DNA of 64,000 nucleotides from Bacteroidota bacterium (GCA_040264895.1 JBDQHL010000003.1:72-64071), one strand, 5' to 3'; shown: positions 9,624 to 20,170, counted from the stretch's first letter. A program made the numbers and translations. Notes: a model not told the origin generated them from the sequence alone.

Positions 9624-10085
9624 CTATTCTTCAAATTTTACTGGTGAAATAGTGTTCAATATACTAAAAACTTCTCTGTATTCCTTACTACCAATAGCTT
9701 TTAATTTATTATTCCAAAATCCATTTACAATTATATTGGTTTTAGGATTAGAATATCTGATGAACCTAACAGTATCAGCAGGCACATTCAGCTTCTGAAC
9801 CTCCATAATAGTATTCCAAAGCTTATCTGTCATATCACAATAGACAGAATCTGTTGCTTTTAGCAACGGTTCTCCCATTGTGCTATCACTTAGATCTGCT
9901 AAGTTATAGACTTTCATTTCAGTTGTAACGGCATAACCATGTATGACTTTATTATTTTTCATATCATAGTCGCCCCAACTAATTATAACCGAACGTCTTG
10001 ATTCAGTTACACATTTGCTATACTCAACTGATGAGCAGCCGAAAAGCGTCAAAAATATTACCGTTATTAATAATCTATTTAGCAT
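9624..10085 (-). CDS. Hypothetical lipoprotein (signal peptide + Cys lipobox 'LFGCSS')
   Basis: Lipobox right after the N-terminal signal peptide; wedged between gltX (11-nt overlap) and the sigma-54 regulator (5-nt gap). Confidence 0.5.
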   Translation of the reverse strand: MLNRLLITVIFLTLFGCSSVEYSKCVTESRRSVIISWGDYDMKNNKVIHGYAVTTEMKVYNLADLSDSTMGEPLLKATDSVYCDMTDKLWNTIMEVQKLNVPADTVRFIRYSNPKTNIIVNGFWNNKLKAIGSKEYREVFSILNTISPVKFEE

Positions 10086-11529
10086 TTTCTGATTCTAAAA
10101 AACTATTAATTCGGTTGAAACATTCTTCTCTACCTAATAATTCCATCGTTAATGTTAAACTAGCTCCAACTGGCTTACCAGTCAACATAAGTCTGAACGG
10201 GTTCATTACTTTCCCAAAACCAAGTCCAGAACTATCTACGTAATCTTTAACAACTTTGTGGATTGGCTCATCTGTCCAATCTTCTAATTTTTCTAACTCA
10301 TCAATAAGTGGCTTAACATTATCGTAAGTACCTTCTTTCCATTGTTTCGCCTTGTATTTTTCGTCGAACTCACGAATTGGGCCAAACATATAGTCACCAA
10401 ACTCAGGTATTTCTTCGACAAAGTTCACACGCTCACGAAGCAAACCGACAACTTGCTCAACGTAATCCTTATTCTCATATTTCCAACCTTCTTCATCAAG
10501 TTTAGGTATTAGCTTTTCAGCAAGTTCATCCAATGGCTTAGACTTTAAATATTCTGAGTTCATCCAAAGTAGCTTTCTTCTATCGAAAATAGCTCCACCT
10601 TTGTTTACTTTCTCTATGTTGAAACCAGCAATCAGCTCATCCATAGTATAAATCTCTCTTTCCCCACTTGGGTTCCATCCCAGTAGAGCGATGAAATTAG
10701 TAAATGCTTCTGCGAAATAACCATTTTGCTTAAAATCTTCTACAGCAACATCGCCGTGTCTTTTACTCAATTTCTGCTTGTTTTGATTCAAAAGTAAAGG
10801 TAAGTGAGCAAATTTTGGCATTTCCCAACCGAATGCTCTATAAAGCAATACGTGCTTAGGGACAGATGGCAACCACTCTTCCCCACGAATAACGTGAGTT
10901 ATTTTCATGAGATGGTCATCTACTATATTGGCTAAGTGGTAAGTTGGAAATCCATCAGATTTCAATAAAATTTGATCATCCACATCCTTACCATTTACAG
11001 TCACTTTACCACGTATCACATCCTCATACCTAATTTCTTCGTGAGGAACTTTTAATCTGATAACGTGGTCTTCACCTTGCTCTAACATTTCCTTAGTCTT
11101 TTCTTCGCCCAAAGTGTATTGACTTTTCATAGTCGAGCGGTCATACTTAGGAGCAACGCCAGCAGCCATTTGTCTTTCTCGCATAGCTGTCAGCTCTTCT
11201 GAAGTATCGAATGCATAGTAAGCTGAGCCATTGTCAATCAACTCTTTTGAATATTTTGAATACAAATCAAAACGTTCAGACTGAATATAAGGTCCATAAT
11301 CACCGCCCTGCTCTGGCCCCTCATCGAACTCAATTCCGCACCACTTAAGTGATTCTATTAAGTTTTTTTGCGAATCTTCCACAAACCTCGTTCTGTCTGT
11401 GTCCTCAATTCTTAGCACCATAGTGCCGCCAGTACTTTTGGCAAAAAGGTAATTATACAAAGCTGTTCTCAGCCCACCTACGTGAAGGTAGCCAGTTGGT
11501 GATGGAGCAAATCTTACTCTAGTTGACAT
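10075..11529 (-). CDS. gltX: Glutamate--tRNA ligase
   Basis: 'VRFAPSPTGYLHVGGLRTALYNYLFA' is the HIGH-region class I GluRS signature; 'KLSKRHG' matches the class I KMSKS motif. Confidence 0.9.
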   Translation of the reverse strand: MSTRVRFAPSPTGYLHVGGLRTALYNYLFAKSTGGTMVLRIEDTDRTRFVEDSQKNLIESLKWCGIEFDEGPEQGGDYGPYIQSERFDLYSKYSKELIDNGSAYYAFDTSEELTAMRERQMAAGVAPKYDRSTMKSQYTLGEEKTKEMLEQGEDHVIRLKVPHEEIRYEDVIRGKVTVNGKDVDDQILLKSDGFPTYHLANIVDDHLMKITHVIRGEEWLPSVPKHVLLYRAFGWEMPKFAHLPLLLNQNKQKLSKRHGDVAVEDFKQNGYFAEAFTNFIALLGWNPSGEREIYTMDELIAGFNIEKVNKGGAIFDRRKLLWMNSEYLKSKPLDELAEKLIPKLDEEGWKYENKDYVEQVVGLLRERVNFVEEIPEFGDYMFGPIREFDEKYKAKQWKEGTYDNVKPLIDELEKLEDWTDEPIHKVVKDYVDSSGLGFGKVMNPFRLMLTGKPVGASLTLTMELLGREECFNRINSFLESENAK

Positions 11530-11690
11530 CTTAAATTATTCCGTTTGATTTATTTATCTAATTTTTCGTATTTCTACTTTTTGTGTAATAACAAAGATAA
11601 TAAAAATCGGGGGAACATTTAAAACAACTTGTAGCACAGCGAAATCCTATTATATTTGCAAATATTACATAAGTTTAATAAAACATAATT

Positions 11691-12104
11691 TTGAATCTTG
11701 GCTGGGAAAAAGGAAAAACAGTGAATAAATTTCAAGTTTTAATCTGTAAGATGTACTTGGTAGTATATCTATATCATAAGGATTATAAGAGATTTTTGAT
11801 GGATAGGAAATCTTATTTTGAGGCTAGACTTGGTGTTTTATTTGCACTCAAATTTAGTTTTATTCTTTTGTTTTTCTATGAGTATATTACCCCAAATTCA
11901 ATTAGTGAATCTGAAGAAAATTTGATTTTATTTTTTTATATTCTGTCTGGATATTTCATAGTCGATAATATTGGTTCATACGCAAGAAAAAACTACGAAA
12001 AAGTCTCTTTAAACATATCACAAAAAGAAGTTAAAATAATTTACTACTCTTGGCATATTGCTTTAGTTGGATTTTTGATATTAGAAGAATTGTCATTAGA
12101 TTAA
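11691..12104 (+). CDS. Hypothetical small membrane protein (questionable; AT-rich, may be spurious)
   Basis: Only ORF in a roughly 1-kb divergent intergenic region; hydrophobic, low-complexity, non-ATG start. Confidence 0.2.
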   Translation: MNLGWEKGKTVNKFQVLICKMYLVVYLYHKDYKRFLMDRKSYFEARLGVLFALKFSFILLFFYEYITPNSISESEENLILFFYILSGYFIVDNIGSYARKNYEKVSLNISQKEVKIIYYSWHIALVGFLILEELSLD

Positions 12105-12529
12105 AATATTTAAGACTCTTTGTATATTTAGACATGGATTCTTCACTTTGTTCAGAATGACCATTTTTTTACATTTATCTACTACTACCTACACCTCTTC
12201 CAAACTATTCAGCAGCTCAATAGCATCTTGGTGGTCAGGATAGACTGCAACCACTTGCTGTAGATATTCCTTTCCTAAGTCATATTGTTCACTGCGAATC
12301 ATTATTTCGCCAATGCCGAATAGTGAATCTATGTTGAGCTTATTTATCTCAAGTGAGGCCTGATAGACCTTCAGTGCAGACTAATATTCACTCATCTCTT
12401 TTTCACAATTTATTATTTATTATAATTAAACAAATTACTCAAAAATTATGCCACCACCATCATTACGATATTAATTTTTATAATGCTATATTTGAATATT
12501 AATACAACAGAATTTGAATATAAATACTT

Positions 12530-13870
12530 ATGTCAAGAACAATAGTCGCATTAGCAACAGCTCCAGGGATTGCAGGATTGAATGTAGTGAGAATTTCAGG
12601 TGATAAAGCATTCGAAATTTCTGACAAATGCTTCAGTGGAAAAACTACCTTAAAAGAAGCTGAATCGCATACTATTCATTATGGTAGATTTTCTAGTTCT
12701 AATGAACTAATTGATACTGTAACAGCAAGTGTTTTCCGTGCTCCTAACTCCTACACAGGTGAAAACACGGTAGAGTTTGGTTGCCATGGTGGCAATGTTG
12801 TTGCTGGTCAAGTAGTTAATGCTCTATTAGATGCTGGTGCAGAATACCCTGAGCCAGGGGAATTTACCCGAACTGCATTTCTAAATGGCAAATTAGATCT
12901 GACACAAGTGGAAGCCGTGGCTGATATTATCCATTCTACTTCTGTTGCTGGTGCATTAACTTCAGCACGGCAGTTAGTGGGGCAATTTACCCAAAGATTA
13001 AAAGATCTAAGAAAAGAGCTTATCCGTACTGCTGGACTGTTGGAACTTGAACTCGACTTTTCAGAAGAAGAAATTGAATTAGTTGACAACAGCGAAGTCA
13101 AAAAAAGATTGGAAGAATCACTAAATTATTGCAATGATTTGGCTGACAAATACAGAGCTTCTGAAGTACTTCGTTCGGGTTATGTAGTCGCTGTTGTTGG
13201 TTTCCCAAACTCAGGTAAATCAACTCTATTCAACTCAATCCTGCAAAAAAACAGAGCAATAGTCAGCGAAATAGAAGGCACAACCCGCGACTATATAGAA
13301 GAAGACATTCTGCTCGGAGACATAAAAGTCAAGTTAATAGACACAGCTGGGTTGCGTGAGACAGAGGATATAATTGAAATAGAAGGTATAAAATTAGTCG
13401 AGTCTGTACTCGAACAAGCGAACTTAGTCCTTGTGCTCAACGATGCAAGCAATGGCACTGAAAGCTCTGATGAACTATTCAAATCACTTAAAGAAAGGTA
13501 CAGCAATTCACAATTTCTTCTAGTTCAGAATAAATCAGACTTAGTAGAATCCCTATCACCAAACAACATATATATATCAGCAAAAAATGGTAATGGCATA
13601 AATCACATTACCTCAATTATCAGAGAGAATGCAAAGAATAGTGCTGATAGAATTAATGATGTACTAATAAACAAAAGGCATGCTGACTTACTAAGAAAAG
13701 CAGCATCAGAAATCCAAAATGGTATAGATGCAATAGATTCGGATATGGAAAATGAAATTATATCAATAGACATCAGGAACGCCACATACACACTGGGTGA
13801 GATAACTGGCGATCAGTGGAACGAAGAAGTTTTAGCAGAAATTTTCTCTGGCTTCTGTATTGGGAAGTAA
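12530..13870 (+). CDS. mnmE: tRNA modification GTPase MnmE (TrmE)
   Basis: 'IVALATAPGIAGLNVVRISG' N-terminus, G-domain 'VVGFPNSGKSTLFN', C-terminal 'CIGK' tetrapeptide. Confidence 0.9.
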   Translation: MSRTIVALATAPGIAGLNVVRISGDKAFEISDKCFSGKTTLKEAESHTIHYGRFSSSNELIDTVTASVFRAPNSYTGENTVEFGCHGGNVVAGQVVNALLDAGAEYPEPGEFTRTAFLNGKLDLTQVEAVADIIHSTSVAGALTSARQLVGQFTQRLKDLRKELIRTAGLLELELDFSEEEIELVDNSEVKKRLEESLNYCNDLADKYRASEVLRSGYVVAVVGFPNSGKSTLFNSILQKNRAIVSEIEGTTRDYIEEDILLGDIKVKLIDTAGLRETEDIIEIEGIKLVESVLEQANLVLVLNDASNGTESSDELFKSLKERYSNSQFLLVQNKSDLVESLSPNNIYISAKNGNGINHITSIIRENAKNSADRINDVLINKRHADLLRKAASEIQNGIDAIDSDMENEIISIDIRNATYTLGEITGDQWNEEVLAEIFSGFCIGK

Positions 13871-13923
13871 TAATTTTTATATATTTGGAACTTTGTGATT
13901 AGCTTAAGTAGAAGAGGAAAAAG

Positions 13924-14979
13924 TTGGAAGTATCAAAAGACAGAATTAAACAGTTAGATGAAGGTGGGATGTATGACATACTCTCAGAATTCTACCATCA
14001 AATAGAAACTGGGCTGAATGCTGGACAATCAATTGACAAAAAACATTACGACTATGATAATATAGTCTTTTGTGGTATTGGTGGCTCAGCAATTTCGGGT
14101 GATATACTTGCAAGTTATTTAGATATTATTGGCTTCGATAAGCAAATATATGTCAATCGCGAATATACCCTCCCAAATTGGGTAAACGAAAGAACTTTAG
14201 TCTTGGTTAGCTCTTATTCTGGAAATACTGAGGAAACTCTATCTACTTATGAAGATGCTAATAACAGAACAAAAAATATTATATGTTACACAACTGGTGG
14301 CAAATTAGAAGAGCTTGCAAATAGTCGTCAGCACCAAGTAGTAGGTTTGCGTAAAGGAATGATGCCTCGCTGTGGGCTTGCTATGAGCTTCATTGCTGTG
14401 CTTAGCTCACTAGTTCATTTAGAACTGATCCCTAAGTCATTAGACGAAAGTATAGAACAAGCTATAAAAGACACTTATGCTAATCTGAAGAACAATTCGA
14501 AGACTCTATCAAATATCAATAGCAACAACGCAATCACCTTAGCCAAGAAGCTACATAAAAAGAAGACTGTGCTTTATGCAGGAAAGCTAATGTTCCCTGT
14601 TGCTAAGCGTTGGGCTGGACAGATACAAGAGAACGCAAAATCTCATGCTTATTTCAATCAGATTCCTGAGATGAATCACAATGAAATTAATTCTTGGGAT
14701 TACGAAGCAAACAATAAGGATTTGTGTATTGTAATACTCAAAGACAAATCAGAACACCCAAGAGTACAGAAAAGAGTGAAAATATTTACAGATTTGGTGA
14801 ACGAGAGAGCCACTACTTTTGGTTTCAGTTCAGATGGACGCTATGTACTAACTAGAATGTTCGAATTAATCTATTTCGGCGATTGGGTTAGTTATTATCT
14901 ATCTATTATTCGTGGTGTAGATCCCACCCCCATCCCTACAATCACTATATTGAAAAAGAAAATGGCAGAGAAAAGTTAG
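13924..14979 (+). CDS. Bifunctional phosphoglucose/phosphomannose isomerase family protein (SIS domain)
   Basis: 'FCGIGGSAISGDILASYL' SIS motif; length and layout match the archaeal-type PGI/PMI family. Confidence 0.65.
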   Translation: MEVSKDRIKQLDEGGMYDILSEFYHQIETGLNAGQSIDKKHYDYDNIVFCGIGGSAISGDILASYLDIIGFDKQIYVNREYTLPNWVNERTLVLVSSYSGNTEETLSTYEDANNRTKNIICYTTGGKLEELANSRQHQVVGLRKGMMPRCGLAMSFIAVLSSLVHLELIPKSLDESIEQAIKDTYANLKNNSKTLSNINSNNAITLAKKLHKKKTVLYAGKLMFPVAKRWAGQIQENAKSHAYFNQIPEMNHNEINSWDYEANNKDLCIVILKDKSEHPRVQKRVKIFTDLVNERATTFGFSSDGRYVLTRMFELIYFGDWVSYYLSIIRGVDPTPIPTITILKKKMAEKS

Positions 14980-15096
14980 TAATTAGATAACTTCATTTGT
15001 CAGCATATAATTTACTCATAAATACAATTTCGTATCAACGTAATAGTCAATACGAATGAAGATAATTTACGAAACAAAACAGAAGGAGAACTAATT

Positions 15097-15699
15097 ATGG
15101 CATTCGAACTACCAAAGCTACCTTATAGCTACGATGCTTTAGAACCACACATTGACGCAAAGACGATGGAAATACATCACTCAAAACATCATAATGGTTA
15201 TACAACAAAATTAAACAATGCAATAGAAGGTACTGAGTTAGCTAATGAATCTATAGAAAGCTTATTAGCAAACCATACTAGCAATTCTGCTGTCAGAAAT
15301 AATGGTGGTGGATTTTGGAACCACAGATTATTCTGGGAAGTAATGTCACCCAACGGTGGTGGTAACCCAACTGGCAAATTAGCAGAAGCAATTGATAATA
15401 AATTTGGTTCTTTTGACAATTTCAAAGATGAGTTTTCAAAAGCAGCTGCAACACAATTCGGTTCAGGTTGGGCATGGTTGTGTGTAGATGAAAATGGAGA
15501 ATTGAGTGTTTGCTCTACTCCAAATCAAGACAACCCACTTATGCCAGAGGTGTCTTGCTCAAGCACACCTATATTAGGTCTTGATGTTTGGGAACACGCT
15601 TATTACTTAAATTACCAAAACAGAAGACCAGATTACATATCAGCATTTTGGAATGTAGTGAACTGGGAAGAAGTAAACAGAAGATTTGAAAACAGCTAA
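15097..15699 (+). CDS. sod: Fe/Mn superoxide dismutase
   Basis: '[28 protein letters not shown]' and '[18 protein letters not shown]' are the Fe/Mn-SOD family hallmarks; AAGGAG RBS upstream. Confidence 0.9.
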   Translation: MAFELPKLPYSYDALEPHIDAKTMEIHHSKHHNGYTTKLNNAIEGTELANESIESLLANHTSNSAVRNNGGGFWNHRLFWEVMSPNGGGNPTGKLAEAIDNKFGSFDNFKDEFSKAAATQFGSGWAWLCVDENGELSVCSTPNQDNPLMPEVSCSSTPILGLDVWEHAYYLNYQNRRPDYISAFWNVVNWEEVNRRFENS

Positions 15700-15732
15700 T
15701 TAGCTAATTCAAACCATACGATTTTTATAAAG

Positions 15733-15760
15733 TCCAGCTAGAAATAGTTGGATTTTTTTT
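15733..15760 (+). terminator. Rho-independent terminator of sod (TCCAGCTA-gaaa-TAGTTGGA followed by T8)
   Basis: 8-bp stem with a GNRA-like loop followed by 'tttttttt'. Confidence 0.6.
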
Positions 15761-15809
15761 ATATTCCCTCTAAACATCTTGCATAATAAAATATAATTAT
15801 TAACTTTGT

Positions 15810-15825
15810 GTCGTATGTTTACGAC
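15810..15825 (+). promoter_or_regulatory. Candidate ArsR operator: inverted repeat GTCGTA-N4-TACGAC just upstream of arsR
   Basis: Perfect 6-bp inverted repeat arms; ArsR/SmtB repressors bind dyad sites overlapping their own promoter. Confidence 0.35.
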
Positions 15826-15844
15826 AATAGAACGAAAGAGCATT

Positions 15845-16174
15845 ATGATATCGAATAAATCAAAGCTGTTTTCAGCTGACGAGCAACAAGTCGCACACTT
15901 TGCGAAGGCCTTGTCCCATCCCGCACGCATAGCAATTCTTCGCTATTTGGCAGAAGCAAAGGTATGTATAACGGGCGATATAACAGACGCAATCCCATTG
16001 GGTAGAACTACTGTTTTGCAGCATCTGCAGGTGCTAAAAGATAGCAAGCTAATCACTGGCGATATTGATGGGAAGAAAGTGTGCTATTGTATAAACACTT
16101 CGGTTTATGATGATATGCGTAAGCTTTTCACTACTCTATTTTCGGATATAGATACAATTAATAATTGCTGTTAA
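15845..16174 (+). CDS. arsR: ArsR/SmtB-family metalloregulator (the ORF track starts at 15806 TTG; the ATG at 15845 is more likely)
   Basis: 'FAKALSHPARIAILRYL...TTVLQHLQVLKDSKLI' winged HTH; first gene of an ars cluster. Confidence 0.8.
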   Translation: MISNKSKLFSADEQQVAHFAKALSHPARIAILRYLAEAKVCITGDITDAIPLGRTTVLQHLQVLKDSKLITGDIDGKKVCYCINTSVYDDMRKLFTTLFSDIDTINNCC

Positions 16175-16197
16175 ACAAATACCCACGAGGTAATATT

Positions 16198-16638
16198 ATG
16201 AAAATGCACGTTAGTTTATATGTGGCAGATGCCGCAAGAACAAAGGAATTTTACGAGCTTTTCTTCAATCAAAAAGCAACTAAAGTAAAAGACGATTACG
16301 TAAAATTTGAACTTGACAAACCAGAATTAGTTATTAGCTTTTTAGAAAACAAAGACAGAGTACAATCGAACTTCGGGCATCTTGGCTTCGTAGCCGAATC
16401 GCTTGAAGTAGTGATGAACAGATTAGAAAATGCGAAAAGTAACAACTTAGATGTACTAGAAGAAATGGGTACTAATTGCTGCTATGCAAACCAAGACAAG
16501 TTTTGGGTGACAGACCCCGACGGTCACCAATGGGAGGTATATTCTTTCAACGAAGATGTAAAGTTCAACGACCCTAAGTATGCTAGTCAAGATGCAACGG
16601 CTTGCTGCACTCCTCAAGTACAACTTAATATCGGATAG
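16198..16638 (+). CDS. arsI: VOC/glyoxalase-fold protein with vicinal Cys pair, ArsI-like organoarsenical C-As lyase candidate (ORF track 16165..16638)
   Basis: Glyoxalase-like fold plus '[24 protein letters not shown]' (the vicinal Cys-Cys that binds trivalent organoarsenicals in ArsI) and a second C-terminal 'ACCTP' pair; position between arsR and acr3. Confidence 0.6.
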   Translation: MKMHVSLYVADAARTKEFYELFFNQKATKVKDDYVKFELDKPELVISFLENKDRVQSNFGHLGFVAESLEVVMNRLENAKSNNLDVLEEMGTNCCYANQDKFWVTDPDGHQWEVYSFNEDVKFNDPKYASQDATACCTPQVQLNIG

Positions 16639-16639
16639 A

Positions 16640-17683
16640 ATGAAAAAGAAGCTAAGTTTCTTAGACAATTACTTAACGCTATGGATATTTATTGCCATGG
16701 CGTTAGGTTTATTATTGGGATATTTCTTCCCTAGCTTGCCCGACATTATCAACTCTATGGGCGACGGCACAACTAACATACCAATAGCTATTGGACTTAT
16801 TATAATGATGTATCCACCTTTGGCAAAAGTCAACTACAGACTTTTACCAAAAGTATTTCAAAATACAAAAATACTTTCTATATCACTATTACTCAACTGG
16901 GTTATTGGCCCTGTGCTGATGTTCGCATTAGCTTTAATCTTCCTGCAGGATTACCCTGAGTATATGGTAGGGCTTATTCTAATTGGGCTTGCTCGTTGTA
17001 TAGCAATGGTGCTTGTGTGGAACGATTTGGCAGAGGGTAGCAGTGAATACGGAGCAGGACTCGTAGCTCTGAACAGTATATTCCAAGTATTTGCCTATAG
17101 CTTCTACGCTTGGTTATTTATAACTGTACTGCCACCTTACTTCGGTTTCGAAGGAGCAATAGTGGATATATCGATTTCTGTGATCGCAGAAAGTGTTGCT
17201 ATATATCTGGGTATTCCCTTTGCACTTGGTATTCTGAGTAGAGTAGTTCTTGTAAAAATGAAAGGTGAAGATTGGTATAACAACAAGTTTATACCTGCTG
17301 TGTCACCACTAACCTTAATAGCATTGCTATTCACTATTGTAGTTATGTTCTCACTCAAAGGTGAGCTGATTGTAGAAATACCAATAGATGTACTAATAAT
17401 AGCCGTGCCACTAATCATCTACTTCACACTGATGTTCCTAGTCGGATTTTTCATTAGCAAGGCAGCTGGAGCGGACTATGACAAAAACGCTTCCATCGCA
17501 TTCACGGCAGCTGGCAATAACTTCGAATTGGCTATTGCTGTGGCAATAGCAGTCTTTGGTCTGAACTCTGGGCAGGCATTTGCAGGGGTAATTGGGCCAT
17601 TGGTCGAAGTACCAGCACTTATATTTTTAGTGAGGGTTTCGTTTTGGTTAAAAGATAAATATTATAGTAAAGAGGTAGCATAA
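16640..17683 (+). CDS. acr3: Arsenite efflux transporter, ACR3 family (ORF track 16580..17683; ATG at 16640 follows the arsI stop)
   Basis: Multi-TM protein with the ACR3/ArsB-like N-terminus '[25 protein letters not shown]'. Confidence 0.85.
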   Translation: MKKKLSFLDNYLTLWIFIAMALGLLLGYFFPSLPDIINSMGDGTTNIPIAIGLIIMMYPPLAKVNYRLLPKVFQNTKILSISLLLNWVIGPVLMFALALIFLQDYPEYMVGLILIGLARCIAMVLVWNDLAEGSSEYGAGLVALNSIFQVFAYSFYAWLFITVLPPYFGFEGAIVDISISVIAESVAIYLGIPFALGILSRVVLVKMKGEDWYNNKFIPAVSPLTLIALLFTIVVMFSLKGELIVEIPIDVLIIAVPLIIYFTLMFLVGFFISKAAGADYDKNASIAFTAAGNNFELAIAVAIAVFGLNSGQAFAGVIGPLVEVPALIFLVRVSFWLKDKYYSKEVA

Positions 17684-18090
17684 TGAAAGTATTAATTCTA
17701 TGTACGGGCAATTCGTGCCGTAGCCAAATGGCAGAGGGTTTATTCAGACACCACTTGCCAGAAAGCAGTGAGGTATATTCCGCTGGAATAGAAGCACACG
17801 GAGTAAACCCAAATGCAATTATTGCAATGGCAGAAATTGGAATAGATTTAGGAAGCCATAGTTCAAACAAAATAGAAGATTTACCAAACCAGAGTTATGA
17901 CTATGTAATAACGGTTTGTGACAACGCCGCTGAAAACTGCCCAATCCTCCCCGGCAACCACAAAACAATACATCACAGCTTTCCTGACCCAGCAAAAGCA
18001 ACTGGCACTGAGTCAGAGATAAAACGAGAATTTGCATCTGTCCGAGATATGATAGAAGAGTTTGTGAAGGATTTTGTGAGTAAATTGTAG
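17683..18090 (+). CDS. arsC: Arsenate reductase, LMW-PTP family (thioredoxin-coupled ArsC)
   Basis: 'KVLILCTGNSCRSQMAEG' CX5R P-loop of the LMW phosphatase-type ArsC; start overlaps the acr3 stop. Confidence 0.85.
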   Translation: MKVLILCTGNSCRSQMAEGLFRHHLPESSEVYSAGIEAHGVNPNAIIAMAEIGIDLGSHSSNKIEDLPNQSYDYVITVCDNAAENCPILPGNHKTIHHSFPDPAKATGTESEIKREFASVRDMIEEFVKDFVSKL

Positions 18091-18295
18091 TAACAACTTA
18101 TTTTTTATCAATTAAATGTTGTTTTATATTACAAGTCTCAATATTTGAAAAAATCTGTCATTCCTTGACTTCGTTTTTCTATTAGCCATAATAGCACATA
18201 AACTAACCTTTATTATTATTTATCGTTATCTGCTGATAAATCCTTATTTTTTTCTATTTTTGTGAAAGCAAATAATAAAATCAGAGTAAAAAAAC

Positions 18296-20128
18296 ATGTG
18301 CGGAATAGTAGGTTATATCGGTAAGCAAAAAGCATCACACATTTTGATAAATGGTCTAAAACGTATGGAATACAGAGGCTATGATTCAGCTGGTTGGGCT
18401 ATGATTGAAAATGAGAAACTAAACTTACTTAAAAATACTGGTAAAGTATCTCAACTAGACCGATTGACACCTCATGATATGATAAATTCTGATATAGGTA
18501 TTGCTCATACCCGTTGGGCCACTCACGGTTTTCCGAATCATCTGAACGCACACCCCCACTTGGATAACTCAGAAAATATTGCAGTAGTTCACAATGGAAT
18601 AATCGAAAACTACACACCACTAAAAACAAAGCTTGAAAAAGATGGTTATACATTTAGTTCTGATACAGATACCGAAGTATTAGCTGTATTCATTGGTGCG
18701 ATATATGAGAAAGTAAATGATTTGGAAAAAGCTGTAAGAATAGCGCTATCTGAAATAGATGGTACATTCGGTATAGCAGTACTTTCATCTTATGAACCCG
18801 AAAAAATTATATGTGCACGTCACGGCAGCCCAATGGTTTTGGGTATTGGTGACGGAGAGTATATAGTAGCTTCTGATGCGGCTGCAATAATACAACACAC
18901 AAACCAAGTAGTTTATCTTAACGATAACGAAATGGCGATAATCACTCGCGATGGATTTACTACAAAAACTATAGATAACGAAGACACTGAACACATAGTA
19001 GAAGAGATTAACTTCGATTTGGCTCAGATAGAGAAAAGTGGTTATGATCACTTTATGCTAAAAGAAATACATGAGCAATCAGAGACTGTATTCAACTCAT
19101 TTCGTGGGCGATTACTTGCAGATGTAGGTAATGTTAAATTAGGTGGGCTCAGTTCTGTTATGGACAAACTACGCAATACTAAGCGAATAATTATTACAGC
19201 ATGTGGTACTTCTTGGCACTCGGGTATAGTTGGTGAATACATGATAGAGAAACTGGCGCAAATTCCAGTAGAAGTAGAGTATGCATCCGAATTCAGGTAT
19301 CGTAATCCAATTATTGGTCCTGATGACATAGTTTTTGCAATTTCTCAATCTGGTGAAACTCTCGATACATTGGCAGCAATTAAAGAAGCAAAGCAAAAAG
19401 GTGCTACTGTAATAGGAATAGTCAACGTAGTTGGTTCTACTATCGCCAGAGAGACTGAAGCAGGAGTTTATATTCATGCAGGTCCAGAAATTGGTGTTGC
19501 TTCTACAAAAGCATTCACATCGCAAATAACTGTATTAGCATTAATAGCACTTATGTTAGGTAGAACTAGATATCTATCGCAGCCTGAAGGTCAAGCAATA
19601 GCAGAAGAAATGATGCTACTTCCTGAAAAAATACGTAAAGTATTGGCAGCAGAGAAAGAGATAAAAGAAATAGCTGAAAAGTATTACGAAAGCAAAAACT
19701 TCTTGTACTTAGGGCGTGGATTTAACTACCCACTTGCCCTAGAAGGTGCACTGAAATTGAAAGAAATATCGTACATACACGCAGAGGGCTATCCAGCTGC
19801 AGAAATGAAACACGGCCCAATAGCACTAATAGACGAGAATATGCCGGTTGTGTTCATAGCAACTAAGGATACTATATATGACAAGGTATTCTCAAATATA
19901 GAAGAAGTGAAAGCAAGAAAAGGAAAGATAATTGCCATAGCTACCGAAGGTGATGAAAGAATTAAGAAAGTTGCTGACCACGTAATCTATGTACCTGAAG
20001 TAATGCCTATGCTCAACCCAATACTGTCAGTTGTGCCATTGCAACTATTAGCTTACCACATAGCACTTAAATTAGAGTGTGATGTAGATCAACCAAGGAA
20101 CCTTGCTAAGAGCGTAACAGTGGAGTAA
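18296..20128 (+). CDS. glmS: Glutamine--fructose-6-phosphate aminotransferase
   Basis: N-terminal 'MCGIVGYIG' Ntn-amidotransferase Cys1, two SIS domains, C-terminal '...KSVTVE'. Confidence 0.9.
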   Translation: MCGIVGYIGKQKASHILINGLKRMEYRGYDSAGWAMIENEKLNLLKNTGKVSQLDRLTPHDMINSDIGIAHTRWATHGFPNHLNAHPHLDNSENIAVVHNGIIENYTPLKTKLEKDGYTFSSDTDTEVLAVFIGAIYEKVNDLEKAVRIALSEIDGTFGIAVLSSYEPEKIICARHGSPMVLGIGDGEYIVASDAAAIIQHTNQVVYLNDNEMAIITRDGFTTKTIDNEDTEHIVEEINFDLAQIEKSGYDHFMLKEIHEQSETVFNSFRGRLLADVGNVKLGGLSSVMDKLRNTKRIIITACGTSWHSGIVGEYMIEKLAQIPVEVEYASEFRYRNPIIGPDDIVFAISQSGETLDTLAAIKEAKQKGATVIGIVNVVGSTIARETEAGVYIHAGPEIGVASTKAFTSQITVLALIALMLGRTRYLSQPEGQAIAEEMMLLPEKIRKVLAAEKEIKEIAEKYYESKNFLYLGRGFNYPLALEGALKLKEISYIHAEGYPAAEMKHGPIALIDENMPVVFIATKDTIYDKVFSNIEEVKARKGKIIAIATEGDERIKKVADHVIYVPEVMPMLNPILSVVPLQLLAYHIALKLECDVDQPRNLAKSVTVE

Positions 20129-20170
20129 ATATTAGTAGATTTGTATGGTAATAGCTACCAAATTCTAGAA

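Noticed and set aside
11691-12104. 137-aa ORF as a confident gene
   Set aside because: Non-ATG start, extreme Ile/Tyr/Phe/Lys bias typical of random AT-rich ORFs, no motif; retained only as a low-confidence feature.
18091-18295. glmS ribozyme upstream of glmS
   Set aside because: None of the conserved glmS ribozyme core segments present; region is simple AT-rich promoter DNA with a TAnnTTTG-like -7 element (TATTTTTG, 18255-18262).
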